Source: an uncultured Gemmatimonadaceae bacterium (GTDB taxonomy: Bacteria > Gemmatimonadota > Gemmatimonadetes > Gemmatimonadales > Gemmatimonadaceae). From it: a DNA stretch of 64,000 nt. Below are positions 21,723 to 31,298 of the stretch, piece after piece (within the stretch, counting starts at the first letter, position 1; each line of letters begins with the position of its first letter). Below the pieces are notes generated by a model, which saw nothing but the letters and a program-made list of their open reading frames with translations, was not told the DNA's origin and did not search any database. The translations under genes were made by a program, and so were the position numbers. The stretch lies in contig CAZLLP010000005.1 of the NCBI GenBank assembly GCA_964560345.1, positions 47,071-111,070 of the forward strand, in the 5' to 3' direction.

Positions 21723-21867
21723 TGAATTGTTCAACTCACTCGGCATCGCTCACCGAGCTGAGTCCTGTAGCCAACCGAGCGGTTGGTGATGCCTGTTGGG
21801 CCCCGGGGTCCGGTGACAGGCGGCGAGGGACACCACGTCCTCGGCGAGCGCTGATGTTCAACGTTAG

Positions 21868-22158
<291 letters not shown>

Positions 22159-22165
22159 TTCGTGG

Positions 22166-22197
22166 GCACGGTGGTCGCCCCGGGGTGACCACCGTGC
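22166..22197 (+). promoter_or_regulatory. 11-bp stem hairpin just after atpE (intra-operon attenuator/mRNA stabiliser candidate)
   Basis: GCACGGTGGTC (22166-22176) pairs with GACCACCGTGC (22187-22197) around a 10-nt loop, starting 8 nt after the atpE stop. No U-tract follows, so it is not a classic terminator. Confidence 0.45.
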
Positions 22198-22329
22198 TGC
22201 TCCACCGTCACACCAGTCCAACTCGCGTGTACCGGCGACGTCGTGCCGGTCTTCCCCGCTGCCTGCACCGGATGTCACCGGTGCCTGCACCGGACCATAC
22301 AGGTGCTCGCGCACCGATTCTCGATTGCC

Positions 22330-22908
22330 ATGCGTACTCCTCTCTGCACTGCGCTCGTCCTGCTGGCCACGCCGGCCACGGCCTTCGCCGCTGAAGAAGG
22401 GGGCAAGGTGAACCTCCTCTCGCCCAACGGCGGGTTGATGTTCTGGACCCTGCTCATCTTCATCGTCCTGCTGATCGTCCTCTCGCGCTTTGCCTTCAAG
22501 CCGCTCGTCGCGGCGGTGGAAGCGCGCGAGGCCGCGCTCGAAGCGGCGATCAACAAGGCGCAGCAGGATCGCGAAGCCGCCTCCAAGCTGCTCGCCGAGC
22601 AGGTCGCGCAGCTCGAGGCCGCCCGTGCCGAGGCGCAGAAGTACATCGCCGACGGCCGCGCGACCTCGGAAAAGCTGAAGGCGTCGATGCTCGAAGACAC
22701 GCGCGCCCAGCAGCAGGAGATGATCGAGCGCGCCAAGCGTGACATCGAGAACGAGAAGCAGCGCGCCATCAGCGACCTGCGCCGCGAAGCGGTCGACCTC
22801 GCCCTCGCAGGGGCTGGCAAGCTGATCGCCAAGAACCTCGATGACGCCGGCAATCGGAAGTTGGTCGAGGACTTCCTCGCCAGCATCCCGGCCGCCGGGA
22901 GCCGCTAA
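22330..22908 (+). CDS. atpF: F0F1 ATP synthase subunit b
   Basis: ATG at 22330. A single N-terminal TM helix (FWTLLIFIVLLIVL) is followed by a long charged coiled coil, between atpE and atpH. Confidence 0.8.
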   Translation: MRTPLCTALVLLATPATAFAAEEGGKVNLLSPNGGLMFWTLLIFIVLLIVLSRFAFKPLVAAVEAREAALEAAINKAQQDREAASKLLAEQVAQLEAARAEAQKYIADGRATSEKLKASMLEDTRAQQQEMIERAKRDIENEKQRAISDLRREAVDLALAGAGKLIAKNLDDAGNRKLVEDFLASIPAAGSR

Positions 22909-23454
22909 ATGCGCGACGCTACCATCGCGCGCAACTACGCCGAGGCGCTGCTCGCGCTCGCCCGCAAGGCGAACGCGCTCGACGCCTGGGGTGGCATGAT
23001 CGCGGGCGTCGCCGACGCCGTCACCAGCGATCAGCGTCTCGCCAACTTCCTGGCCGCCCCGCAGATCGCGGCGGACACCAAGCGCGCCGTCATCCAGAAG
23101 GCGTTCGGCCCGGTGCTGCCGCGAGGGATCGTCCTCTTCCTGCAGAAGCTGGTGCAGAACCGTCGCCAGACGCTCATCCCCGAGATCGCGGTGGAGTACG
23201 CGAACCTCGTGGACGAGACCGAGGGACGTGTGCACGCGCAGGTCACGCTGGCGCGCGAGGCCAACGAGGCCGATCGCGCGGCGATCGCCAAGCAGCTCAC
23301 GTCGCGCCTCGGCAAGACGGTGGTGCCGCACGTGAGCGTGAACCCGGCGATCCTTGGAGGGATCATCGTCAAGGTTGGCGATACGGTGATGGACGGCTCG
23401 GTGCGCAAGCGCCTCGGGATCCTCCGCTCGCGCCTCACGACGGGCGTGCGTTAG
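22909..23454 (+). CDS. atpH: F0F1 ATP synthase subunit delta (OSCP)
   Basis: 181 aa with the OSCP pattern (ARNYAEAL..., ILGGIIVKVGDTVMDGSVR). Immediately follows atpF. Confidence 0.85.
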   Translation: MRDATIARNYAEALLALARKANALDAWGGMIAGVADAVTSDQRLANFLAAPQIAADTKRAVIQKAFGPVLPRGIVLFLQKLVQNRRQTLIPEIAVEYANLVDETEGRVHAQVTLAREANEADRAAIAKQLTSRLGKTVVPHVSVNPAILGGIIVKVGDTVMDGSVRKRLGILRSRLTTGVR

Positions 23455-23487
23455 GCTCGGCGCGGCAATCGTCCGGAATGTCGGCGG

Positions 23488-23530
23488 CGGGCCACGGTCT
23501 CTCACGAGACCGTGGCCCGTATCTCTTTCG
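23488..23530 (+). terminator. intrinsic terminator after atpH
   Basis: 14-bp perfect stem, CGGGCCACGGTCTC (23488-23501) / GAGACCGTGGCCCG (23506-23519), with loop TCAC, followed by the T-rich TATCTCTTTC. Confidence 0.75.
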
Positions 23531-23896
23531 GGAGAGGGGGCGCCACCCGTTGGCGCGGATTTCAGACGCGAGGGACCGTCGGCGACGCATCGCGGTACAG
23601 GAGAGGTGCCCCGGTCCCGACGCCCGGCGCGACTGCCGAGCTGGTGCTAGCGAGGTCGTGGCCTCCTTGCGTGGAGAGGCACGCTGGTTGCAAGCGGGTG
23701 GGGTGCGGCCGATATTGCCGCCGGCCGTCGCGCGGGCGCACACGACAGTGCGACGGCGCGACGCTCGCCACCGGAAGGATGCACGACCGCTCATGATCGC
23801 CTCCTGTCTCACTGGCCTGTTCCCCGTCCACATGACCTGTTCAGCTGCAATCCAGCCAGCGCCCGCGGCGACGTTCGCGCCGGTCGAGGGGGAGCG

Positions 23897-24274
23897 GTGA
23901 GCGGGCGAGCGGAGGTTCGACGCGTCCCCAAGCCGTGGGGGCACGAGATCATCTGGGCGCACACCGACCGGTACGTCGGCAAGATCCTGCACATCACCGC
24001 CGGACAGGCGCTGTCGGTGCAGTACCACGAGGTGAAGGACGAGACGGTCTATCTCCTGTCGGGGGAGATGAAGTACTGGGTCCAGCTCCCCGGGGAGTCG
24101 GAGTTGCGCGACATGCGCCTGGCCCAGGGTGATGCATTTCGCATCACGCCCGGGACGGTGCACTACATGGAAGCCGTGACCGACTGCGACGTGCTCGAGG
24201 CTTCGACGCCCGAGCTCGACGACGTCGTGCGCATCAAGGATCGCTACGGACGAGAGGGGACGAACGCGCCATGA
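23897..24274 (+). CDS. cupin-domain protein (type II phosphomannose isomerase-like)
   Basis: 125 aa. PWGHE...YVGKIL.I..GQALSVQYH..K.E..YLLSG...PG..H is the cupin motif pair. GTG start with GGGGGAG upstream. Confidence 0.7.
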   Translation: MSGRAEVRRVPKPWGHEIIWAHTDRYVGKILHITAGQALSVQYHEVKDETVYLLSGEMKYWVQLPGESELRDMRLAQGDAFRITPGTVHYMEAVTDCDVLEASTPELDDVVRIKDRYGREGTNAP

Positions 24275-24287
24275 GGACGACGACCGC

Positions 24288-25274
24288 ATGAAGGTGATCA
24301 TTCCGCTGGCCGGGAAGGGGACGCGCCTGCGTCCGCACACGCATCTCACGCCCAAGCCGATGCTGAAGGTGGCGGGGAAGCCGGTGATGGACTACGTGAT
24401 GGACGACGTGGCCAAGCTCGGGAACGTCGACCAGGTCATCTACATCACGGGGCACCTGAAGGAGAAGGTGGAGGCGCACGCGCGCACCGCCTTCGGCATT
24501 CCCGGCGTCTTCATCGAGCAGCAGGTGCAAGACGGGACCGCCGGCGCGGTGGCGCTGGCCAAGCCGTTCGTCGATGCGCCGGTCCTCATCATCTTCGTCG
24601 ACACGATCTTCGACGCCGACCTGTCGGTGATCAAGACGACCGATGCCGACGGGATCATCTGGACCAAGGAGGTCGAGGATTACCAGCGCTTTGGCGTGGT
24701 GGTCACCGACGCCGACGGCCACATGACCAAGATCGTGGAGAAGCCGAAGACGCCGATCTCCAAGCGCGCCAACATCGGGTTGTACTACATCCGCAACTGG
24801 CAGTTGCTGTACGAGGGGATCGCACACGTCCTCGCACAGCCCACCAACCAGGGCGAGTACTACCTGACCGATGCCTTCCAGTACATGATCGAGCACGGCG
24901 CCAAGATCAAGGTGATCGACGTCGAGGGGTGGTACGACGCCGGCAAGATCGACACCCTGCTCGAGACTAACCGTGCGATGCTGGAGAAGGGGCGCGCCCG
25001 CGTCCCGGCGGGGATGGACCTGTCGCAGATCGTCGCCCCCGTCTACATCGAGGATGGCGTGACGATCACCGGTTCGGTGGTGGGACCGAACGTTTCGATC
25101 GGCAAGGGGAGCGTGATCGAGCATGCGCACCTCAAGGACACCGTCATCGGGGACAAGACGCGCATTGCGCGATGCACGCTGAGTAACTCGCTCATCGGAA
25201 GCGAAGTCGTGCTGGCCGGGATCACCGGCGAGGTGACGATCGGCGACCACTCCGAGGTTCGCGCCGACGCCTAG
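24288..25274 (+). CDS. sugar-phosphate nucleotidyltransferase with C-terminal left-handed beta-helix
   Basis: N-terminal LAGKGTRLRP signature of NTP_transferase, EKP motif, and C-terminal hexapeptide-like repeats. The substrate cannot be called from sequence. Confidence 0.8.
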   Translation: MKVIIPLAGKGTRLRPHTHLTPKPMLKVAGKPVMDYVMDDVAKLGNVDQVIYITGHLKEKVEAHARTAFGIPGVFIEQQVQDGTAGAVALAKPFVDAPVLIIFVDTIFDADLSVIKTTDADGIIWTKEVEDYQRFGVVVTDADGHMTKIVEKPKTPISKRANIGLYYIRNWQLLYEGIAHVLAQPTNQGEYYLTDAFQYMIEHGAKIKVIDVEGWYDAGKIDTLLETNRAMLEKGRARVPAGMDLSQIVAPVYIEDGVTITGSVVGPNVSIGKGSVIEHAHLKDTVIGDKTRIARCTLSNSLIGSEVVLAGITGEVTIGDHSEVRADA

Positions 25275-25328
25275 CGGGGCAGGGTTGACGCCGACGCCTA
25301 GTGGGGCGGCTGTTCGGACGTAGATTGG

Positions 25329-25365
25329 GGGATCGCGCCTGACGATGGGCGCGATCCCCTTTTTC
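25329..25365 (+). terminator. intrinsic terminator
   Basis: 12-bp stem, GGGGATCGCGCC (25329-25340) / GGCGCGATCCCC (25349-25360), with an 8-nt loop, followed by TTTTT (25361-25365). Confidence 0.85.
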
Positions 25366-25387
25366 GTCTCGCCCCCTCCTGACACCG

Positions 25388-26584
25388 ATGGACAGGCCCA
25401 ATCCGGACTACCCGGTGCTGGTGATCGGCGCGGGCCCAGCCGGGCTGGCGACGGCGGCGTGCCTGGCGCGCCGCGGGATCGCCTATCGCCTGCTGGAGCG
25501 CGGCGACGCGCTGGCCACCTCGTGGCGCCAGACGTACGACTCGCTGCGGTTGCACACCGGCCGGCACATGTCGGCGCTCCCGGGGCGCGACTATCCGTCG
25601 GGGACGCCGCTCTTCCCAACGCGTGACCAGTTCGTGCAGTACCTCGCTGACTATGCGGCCGCCAACGCGCTGCACATCGAGACGGGGTGCGAGGTCACCG
25701 CGCTGCGGCGTTCGGCGCACGGCTGGGCGGTCACGTTTGGCGACGGCACGCGCGTCGAGGGGAGTTCGGCCGTGGTGTGCACCGGGATCATGGCGAACCC
25801 GCGAATGCCTGACGTCGCCGGGCGCGAGACGTTTCGCGGTGAGGTGATGCACTCGGTGGAGTACCGGCGCCCGGCGCCGTTTGTCGGACGGCGCGTGCTG
25901 GTGGTGGGCGTGGGCAACTCCGGCGGCGAGATCGGGGCCGAACTGGCGGAGGCGGGGGCGAAGGTGACGGTCCTGGTGCGATCGGGCGCCCACGTCGTCC
26001 CGCTGTCGATCGCTGGAGTTCCCATTCAGTACCTCTCGCACGTGGTGCGCAAGCTCCCGCGCGTGGCGCAGGAGTGGGTGGTGAAGCGCGTGCAGCGCCT
26101 CACCGAAGTCCGCCGCGGTCCGCCGGTGATTCCGCGCCCTGCCCGGTCACCGCTGGACGCGATCCCGATCATCGGCTTTCACCTGGTCGATGCCATCAAG
26201 TCAGGGCGCGCGCGGTTGCAGGTGGGGACGATCGATCGGCTCACCGCCGAAGGCGCGGTGTTCTCGGATGGCAGCGAGGCACCATTCGACGTCATCATCT
26301 TCGCGACCGGTTTCGCGCCGGCGCTGGGGATCCTCCACGACCTGGTGCAGTGTGACGAGAAGGGCTTCGCGCGCCGGCGCGACCGGGTGACGAGCGCTGA
26401 CCAACCGGGGCTTTACTTCGTGGGGCACAACTACGACGCCACCGGCGGGATCGCCAACATCCGTCGCGACGCGCCGATGGTGGCCGAGCACATTGTCGAA
26501 TGCCGCGCGACGGCGGTGCGACTGGCCAAGCAGCGGGCCTACGCGCAGGCACACGCCGAACCCAGGCGCGGCGTCCCGTCGTGA
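25388..26584 (+). CDS. flavin-containing monooxygenase-like NAD(P)/FAD-dependent oxidoreductase
   Basis: Two dinucleotide motifs, GAGPAGLA (FAD) and GVGNSGGEIG (NADPH), with an ATG motif (ATGF) near the C-terminus. Confidence 0.75.
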   Translation: MDRPNPDYPVLVIGAGPAGLATAACLARRGIAYRLLERGDALATSWRQTYDSLRLHTGRHMSALPGRDYPSGTPLFPTRDQFVQYLADYAAANALHIETGCEVTALRRSAHGWAVTFGDGTRVEGSSAVVCTGIMANPRMPDVAGRETFRGEVMHSVEYRRPAPFVGRRVLVVGVGNSGGEIGAELAEAGAKVTVLVRSGAHVVPLSIAGVPIQYLSHVVRKLPRVAQEWVVKRVQRLTEVRRGPPVIPRPARSPLDAIPIIGFHLVDAIKSGRARLQVGTIDRLTAEGAVFSDGSEAPFDVIIFATGFAPALGILHDLVQCDEKGFARRRDRVTSADQPGLYFVGHNYDATGGIANIRRDAPMVAEHIVECRATAVRLAKQRAYAQAHAEPRRGVPS

Positions 26585-26635
26585 GCCGTTAGGCGGCGTC
26601 CCGACGCCGGCGGGTTCCGATCACGCTGCGCGCGC

Positions 26636-27829
26636 CTAGTGCAGGCCGGCCAGGGATGCGAGCACGGTCATGGCCCTGACGAGGCCCAGCGTGCCGTCGC
26701 GGTTCTCGAACCACTCGCGCGGCGTGTGCACCTCGCCGCCGCGTCCACCCGCGCCGAGGGCGATGGCGGGAATCCCCAGGTGCAACGGGATGTTGGCGTC
26801 GGTCGAGGCGACGGCGCTATCGGGATTGCGGCCGACCAGTCGCGTGGCGTCGAAGGCGGCGTGGGCGATGAAGGCGTCGCTGGGGAGCGCACCGCCGGGT
26901 CGGTCGCCGGTCACCTCCACCGCCATCTGCAGCGCGGGCGTTCCCGGGCGCCGCTGGCGATTGTGCGTCTCGATGACACGGTACGCCGCCGCGTGAATCT
27001 CGTCGTCGAGGCGATCGAGTTCCCCTCCTGACGTCGAGCGCACGTCGACTTCCAGCGAGGCGTCGGCCGGAATCGCATTGACGGCCGAGCCGCCGCTGAT
27101 GCGGCTGACGGTGAGGGCCGTGCGCGGGGCGGTGGGGAGCGGCCACGAGGCGAGGTGCGCCGCCAGGGTGCTGGCCGCGTGGATGGCATTGACCACGCCG
27201 TACGATGCCCAGCTATGTCCTCCCGGGCCGGTGAAGCGGATGCGATAGCGTCGCGTGCCTAACGCGTGGGTGACCACGCGCTCGTCGCCGGCGCCATCGA
27301 GGGCGATGGCCGAGTGCGCGCCGGCGGCGGCGGTGGCAAAGAGGTGCCGCGCCCCACGCAGGTTGCCGCTCCCCTCCTCCCCGGTAGTGGCCACGAAGAG
27401 GATCGGGCGCTGGGTGCGCAGCCCCGCCCCCTCGAGTGCGGCCGCGATGGCGAGCATGCCGGCGATCCCGCGGGCGTTGTCGCCGATGCCGGGACCGGTG
27501 ATGCGATCGCCCGAGCGCGTCACCTGGTGCGACACCGTCGCGTCGAAGACGGTGTCGAGGTGCGCGCAGACGACGACGGGCGCATCGTCGGTGGTCCCGC
27601 GCCGTGGGGCGAGGACGTTGCCCGCGGCGTCGATGGTCGCGTCGAGCCCGATGGTCCGCCAAAAACGGCAGACCTCGGAGGCGCGGGCCCCCTCGTCACC
27701 AGTGGGGGCCGCCACTTCGGCGAGCGCGACCTGCCGGTCGATGGTCTGCGAGTCGTGCGCGAGGAGGTGGCGCCGGGCGGGGAGGAGGGCGTCGTAGACG
27801 CGCCGGACGGCGCCGTTGCTGGCGGGCAT
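26636..27829 (-). CDS. M20-family metallopeptidase (ArgE/DapE/PepT-like)
   Basis: AHLDTV, GIGDNARG and TTGEEGSGNLRG metal-ligand contexts, plus a dimerisation-domain insert. Start taken at ATG 27829 and is uncertain. Confidence 0.75.
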   Translation of the reverse strand: MPASNGAVRRVYDALLPARRHLLAHDSQTIDRQVALAEVAAPTGDEGARASEVCRFWRTIGLDATIDAAGNVLAPRRGTTDDAPVVVCAHLDTVFDATVSHQVTRSGDRITGPGIGDNARGIAGMLAIAAALEGAGLRTQRPILFVATTGEEGSGNLRGARHLFATAAAGAHSAIALDGAGDERVVTHALGTRRYRIRFTGPGGHSWASYGVVNAIHAASTLAAHLASWPLPTAPRTALTVSRISGGSAVNAIPADASLEVDVRSTSGGELDRLDDEIHAAAYRVIETHNRQRRPGTPALQMAVEVTGDRPGGALPSDAFIAHAAFDATRLVGRNPDSAVASTDANIPLHLGIPAIALGAGGRGGEVHTPREWFENRDGTLGLVRAMTVLASLAGLH

Positions 27830-27887
27830 GCGCTCTAAATGCGGGCGTGGGAGGGAAGGACGCAAGGTCACGTTCGCGGAGCGCCTG

Positions 27888-27893
27888 TACATT
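27888..27893 (+). promoter_or_regulatory. -10-like TACATT box 6 nt upstream of the MFS start codon
   Basis: TACATT at 27888-27893, then TCGCTC, then the ATG at 27900. There is no Shine-Dalgarno. Part of the recurrent TAnnTT-N6-10-ATG pattern. Confidence 0.3.
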
Positions 27894-27899
27894 TCGCTC

Positions 27900-29132
27900 A
27901 TGGCAAGCAAGAGGCTCCCAGGCACCGTCATCGCGCTCTCGCTCGTGTCGCTCCTGACCGACGTGTCGAGCGAGATGATCTATCCGCTGATCCCGACCTT
28001 CCTGGCCACCGTGCTCGGCGCCAGCGCGCTGTCGGTGGGGGCGATCGAGGGGACGGCGGAGTCGGTAGCGGCGCTGCTCAAGTACGCGAGCGGGTGGTGG
28101 AGCGACCGCGTGAAGCGCCGGAAGCCGCTGGTGGTGGCGGGCTACCTGATCGCGAGTTGCCTGCGACCGCTGATCGGGCTGGCGCAGGTTGGGGGGCACG
28201 TCTTTGCAATCCGGGTGGGCGACCGAATCGGGAAGGGGATTCGCACGGCGCCGCGTGATGCGCTGCTCGCCGATGCAGTCGCGCCCGAGATGCGAGGGGA
28301 GGCGTTCGGATTTCACCGGAGCGCCGACCATCTCGGAGCGGTGATCGGGCCGTTGGTGGCGTTCGCGCTACTGCAGTGGGGGGGCGTGTCGATGCGGCAC
28401 GTCTTCCTGCTGTCGGCGATTCCGGCGGCGCTGGCGGTGGTCGTGCTGGTGGGGTGGGTGCGTGAGGGGGGAGGGGAACGGAATGGTACGGTGGGGAAGG
28501 AAAGGGTGACGGGGGTGGGGGAGGCGAGGGCGTCGTCGCCCGCTTCTACCCTCGCGCCGCAGCGTTCGACCTCCCCCCGCCTGGGCGGCCGCTTCGCCGC
28601 GTACCTCGCCATCCTCCTGCTCTTCACGTTAGGCAACTCGACCGACGCCTTCCTCCTCCTGCGCGCGCGTTCGCTGGGCGTCGAGACGGCGATGATCCCC
28701 GTGCTGTGGGCCGCGCTGCACATCGTGAAGTCGCTCGCCTCCACTCCGGCCGGCGCACTCTCCGACCGCATCGGGCGGCGCGCGTTGATCTCCTCCGGCT
28801 GGCTCGTCTACGCCGCCACCTACCTCGGCTTTGCCTACGCGCAGGGGCAAGCGGCTGCGTGGGGGCTCTTCCTGGTGTACGGGATCTACTTCGGGCTCAC
28901 CGAAGGGGTAGAAAAAGCCCTCGTGGCCGACCTCGTTCCCGCCGACGCGCGCGGACGCGCCTTTGGCCTGTACAACCTCGCGTTAGGCCTGGGGGCACTG
29001 CCGGCGTCGCTCCTCTTTGGCGCCGTGTGGGACGCGTGGGGTGCGCCGACGGCGTTCATCCTCGGGGCGTCGCTCGCCGCCCTCTCGGCGTTGCTCCTGC
29101 CGATGGCGATTCCGCGTCGAATTACCACCTGA
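27900..29132 (+). CDS. MFS transporter
   Basis: About 410 aa with about 12 predicted TM helices, a DRxGRR-like loop (SDRVKRRKP / SDRIGRRA) and an internal hydrophilic loop. Confidence 0.8.
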   Translation: MASKRLPGTVIALSLVSLLTDVSSEMIYPLIPTFLATVLGASALSVGAIEGTAESVAALLKYASGWWSDRVKRRKPLVVAGYLIASCLRPLIGLAQVGGHVFAIRVGDRIGKGIRTAPRDALLADAVAPEMRGEAFGFHRSADHLGAVIGPLVAFALLQWGGVSMRHVFLLSAIPAALAVVVLVGWVREGGGERNGTVGKERVTGVGEARASSPASTLAPQRSTSPRLGGRFAAYLAILLLFTLGNSTDAFLLLRARSLGVETAMIPVLWAALHIVKSLASTPAGALSDRIGRRALISSGWLVYAATYLGFAYAQGQAAAWGLFLVYGIYFGLTEGVEKALVADLVPADARGRAFGLYNLALGLGALPASLLFGAVWDAWGAPTAFILGASLAALSALLLPMAIPRRITT

Positions 29133-29147
29133 CCGCCCGGCACTCCC

Positions 29148-30236
29148 ATGCCCTACCTCCTGGAAACGGCGCGCTTGCGGCTGCGCCGCCTCGTCCCTGA
29201 CGATCTCGACTTCCTGGCCGGGATGCTCGGCGACGCCGAGGTGATGCGCTACTACCCCGCGGTGCTCGACCGCGATGGCGCACGGGCCTGGCTGGACCGG
29301 CAGCTGCAGCGCTACGCAACCGACGGATTCGCCCCGTGGTTGGTCGAGGAGCGTGACTCGGGGCGCCCCGTCGGGCAGGTAGGACCGCTCCGGCAGTTGC
29401 TCCCCGGCGAAACCCTCCCCTCGGTGGAGGTCGGCTACCTGCTGCAGCGCTCGGCTTGGGGGAACGGGTATGCGAGTGAGGCGGCGCGTGCCGCGCGCGA
29501 CTGGGTCTTCGCGCGACTCGGGACGTCGCGCGTGATTTCGCTCATCCGACCGGAGAATGGTCGGTCGCGACGCGTGGCACAGCGGAACGGGTTCCGGGTG
29601 ATCCGCGAGGTGACACACGCCGGGCTGCTGCACGACGTGTGGGGGATGGATCGCGGCGCGTGGCTGGCGGCGCGCGACAGCGACGTCGATATTCCCGCGC
29701 GCACGACCCCATCACACCACGGAGACTTCCCGATGTCGATCGCCCAGTCGATCCTCCCCGAATTTGAACATGAGATGGCGACCACTCGCAAGCTGATCGA
29801 GCGGACGCCGATTGCGCAGATGGCCTGGAAACCGCACGAGAAGTCGATGTCGTTAGGCCAGCTCGTCGCGCACCTGGCGACCCTTCCCGGCTGGGGCGTG
29901 GTGACGATGGCGCAGACGGAACTCGACCTCAATCCCCCCGGCGGCCCGGGGTACAAGACGCCGGAGTTCGAATCGGTGGAAGGGCTGCTGGCGGAGTTTG
30001 ACAAGAATGTCGCCGGCTCGCGTGCCGCGATCGCCGCCGCCGCCGATCCGGACTTCATGGTGGGCTGGACGCTCAAGAACGGTGGGCACTCGATCTTCAC
30101 GCTGCCGCGCATTGCGGTGCTGCGCACCTTCGTGATGAATCACGTGATTCACCATCGCGGCCAGTACTCCGTCTACCTGCGTCTCCACAACGTCCCGCTC
30201 CCGTCGATGTACGGGCCGACGGCGGACGAGCAGTAG
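29148..30236 (+). CDS. GNAT N-acetyltransferase fused in frame to a DinB-family domain
   Basis: Residues 1-175 look like RimJ/RimL-type GNAT (LRLRRL..D..F....L.D.EVMRY, GNGYASEA). Residues about 196-362 are DinB-like (HL..LPGW, HHRGQ). No stop codon separates them. An internal ATG at 29733 has GGAGA 7 nt upstream. Confidence 0.7.
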   Translation: MPYLLETARLRLRRLVPDDLDFLAGMLGDAEVMRYYPAVLDRDGARAWLDRQLQRYATDGFAPWLVEERDSGRPVGQVGPLRQLLPGETLPSVEVGYLLQRSAWGNGYASEAARAARDWVFARLGTSRVISLIRPENGRSRRVAQRNGFRVIREVTHAGLLHDVWGMDRGAWLAARDSDVDIPARTTPSHHGDFPMSIAQSILPEFEHEMATTRKLIERTPIAQMAWKPHEKSMSLGQLVAHLATLPGWGVVTMAQTELDLNPPGGPGYKTPEFESVEGLLAEFDKNVAGSRAAIAAAADPDFMVGWTLKNGGHSIFTLPRIAVLRTFVMNHVIHHRGQYSVYLRLHNVPLPSMYGPTADEQ

Positions 30237-30304
30237 ATCGACGTTCGTTGCACCTGCGCGCCCGGCCCCGCCCAGTGCGGCGGCCGGGCGCGCATCGCGC
30301 GTGC

Positions 30305-31192
30305 CTAACGGGTCGTGCTAGCCGAGGCGCCCGAATAGGTCCCCGTGATGGCCGACACCGGCGTGACCTCGCGCACGAGTTCGCGAAGCGCGCCGAAGTA
30401 GGTCGCCTTGTCGACGCTGAAGGCGTCCATGTGCCCGCCGCGCACCGACACGAACGCCTTGGGCGCGGGCGCCGCCGCGACGAGTCGCTCACCGTGCGCG
30501 AACGGGATCACGTCGTCTTCGGGGGAATGCAGGAAGAGCTTCGGTTCGCGGACGTTGCCGATCTTGTCGAGCGACGCAAAGCGCTGCGTCGAGAGCAGCG
30601 TCACCGGGAGCAGCGGGTAGAGCTCCTGCCCCCGGTCGCTGACCGAGGTGAAGGCGCCTTCGACGGCCAGCGCGGCCGCATCGACGCGCGTGGCAAGTTC
30701 GGTCGCGACACCGCTTCCCAGGGAGTGGCCGAAGATGATGATGCGCGAGGGCGGGACGTGCAGCGAATCGGTGAGGTATCGCCACGACGCCTCGGCGTCG
30801 GCATAGAGTCCCTGCTCGTCAGGCGTTCCGCCGCTCGCGCCGAAGCCGCGATAGTCGAAGGCGAAGAGATTGAGTCCCAGGTCGCGGGCAAAGGCGTAGA
30901 ACTCGGGGCGTTGGCCGTAGCCGATGTTGCCGTAGTTCCCGTGGCAGATGAGGAGCCACATGCCTGACGAGTCCTGCGATGCTGCGGGGACGATCCACGC
31001 GGAGAGCGGCGTCCCGTCGGCGCTGGGGTAGCGAACCTCGCGCTGGTGGAGCGCGAAGCTCGGTGACGGGAGGTCGACGCGACGCTCGGCGGGGTGATAG
31101 ACCATCGACTTCTCGCCGATGCGCATTCCGACGATGATGGCAACGTAGGCGAGTGCTGCGACGACGAGGGCCAACGAGAAAAGGCGCTTCAC
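30305..31192 (-). CDS. alpha/beta hydrolase
   Basis: N-terminal TM anchor, HGNYGNIG, nucleophile elbow GHSLGSG, and C-terminal D..H residues. Start taken at GTG 31192. Confidence 0.8.
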   Translation of the reverse strand: MKRLFSLALVVAALAYVAIIVGMRIGEKSMVYHPAERRVDLPSPSFALHQREVRYPSADGTPLSAWIVPAASQDSSGMWLLICHGNYGNIGYGQRPEFYAFARDLGLNLFAFDYRGFGASGGTPDEQGLYADAEASWRYLTDSLHVPPSRIIIFGHSLGSGVATELATRVDAAALAVEGAFTSVSDRGQELYPLLPVTLLSTQRFASLDKIGNVREPKLFLHSPEDDVIPFAHGERLVAAAPAPKAFVSVRGGHMDAFSVDKATYFGALRELVREVTPVSAITGTYSGASASTTR

Positions 31193-31285
31193 GGGCGGCG
31201 GTTCGTGAGGGGGTCGACTGGAGTGGACGGCCGTGAAGAATGTGCGAGCCGTCCCATCTGGAAAGCTACGTCGCTCGAGGCCGAG

Positions 31286-31291
31286 TAGATT
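31286..31291 (+). promoter_or_regulatory. -10-like TAGATT box 7 nt upstream of the MutS-like start codon
   Basis: TAGATT at 31286-31291, then GGCGGGC, then the ATG at 31299, with no Shine-Dalgarno. Same hexamer as upstream of trmFO and atpZ. Confidence 0.35.
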
Positions 31292-31298
31292 GGCGGGC

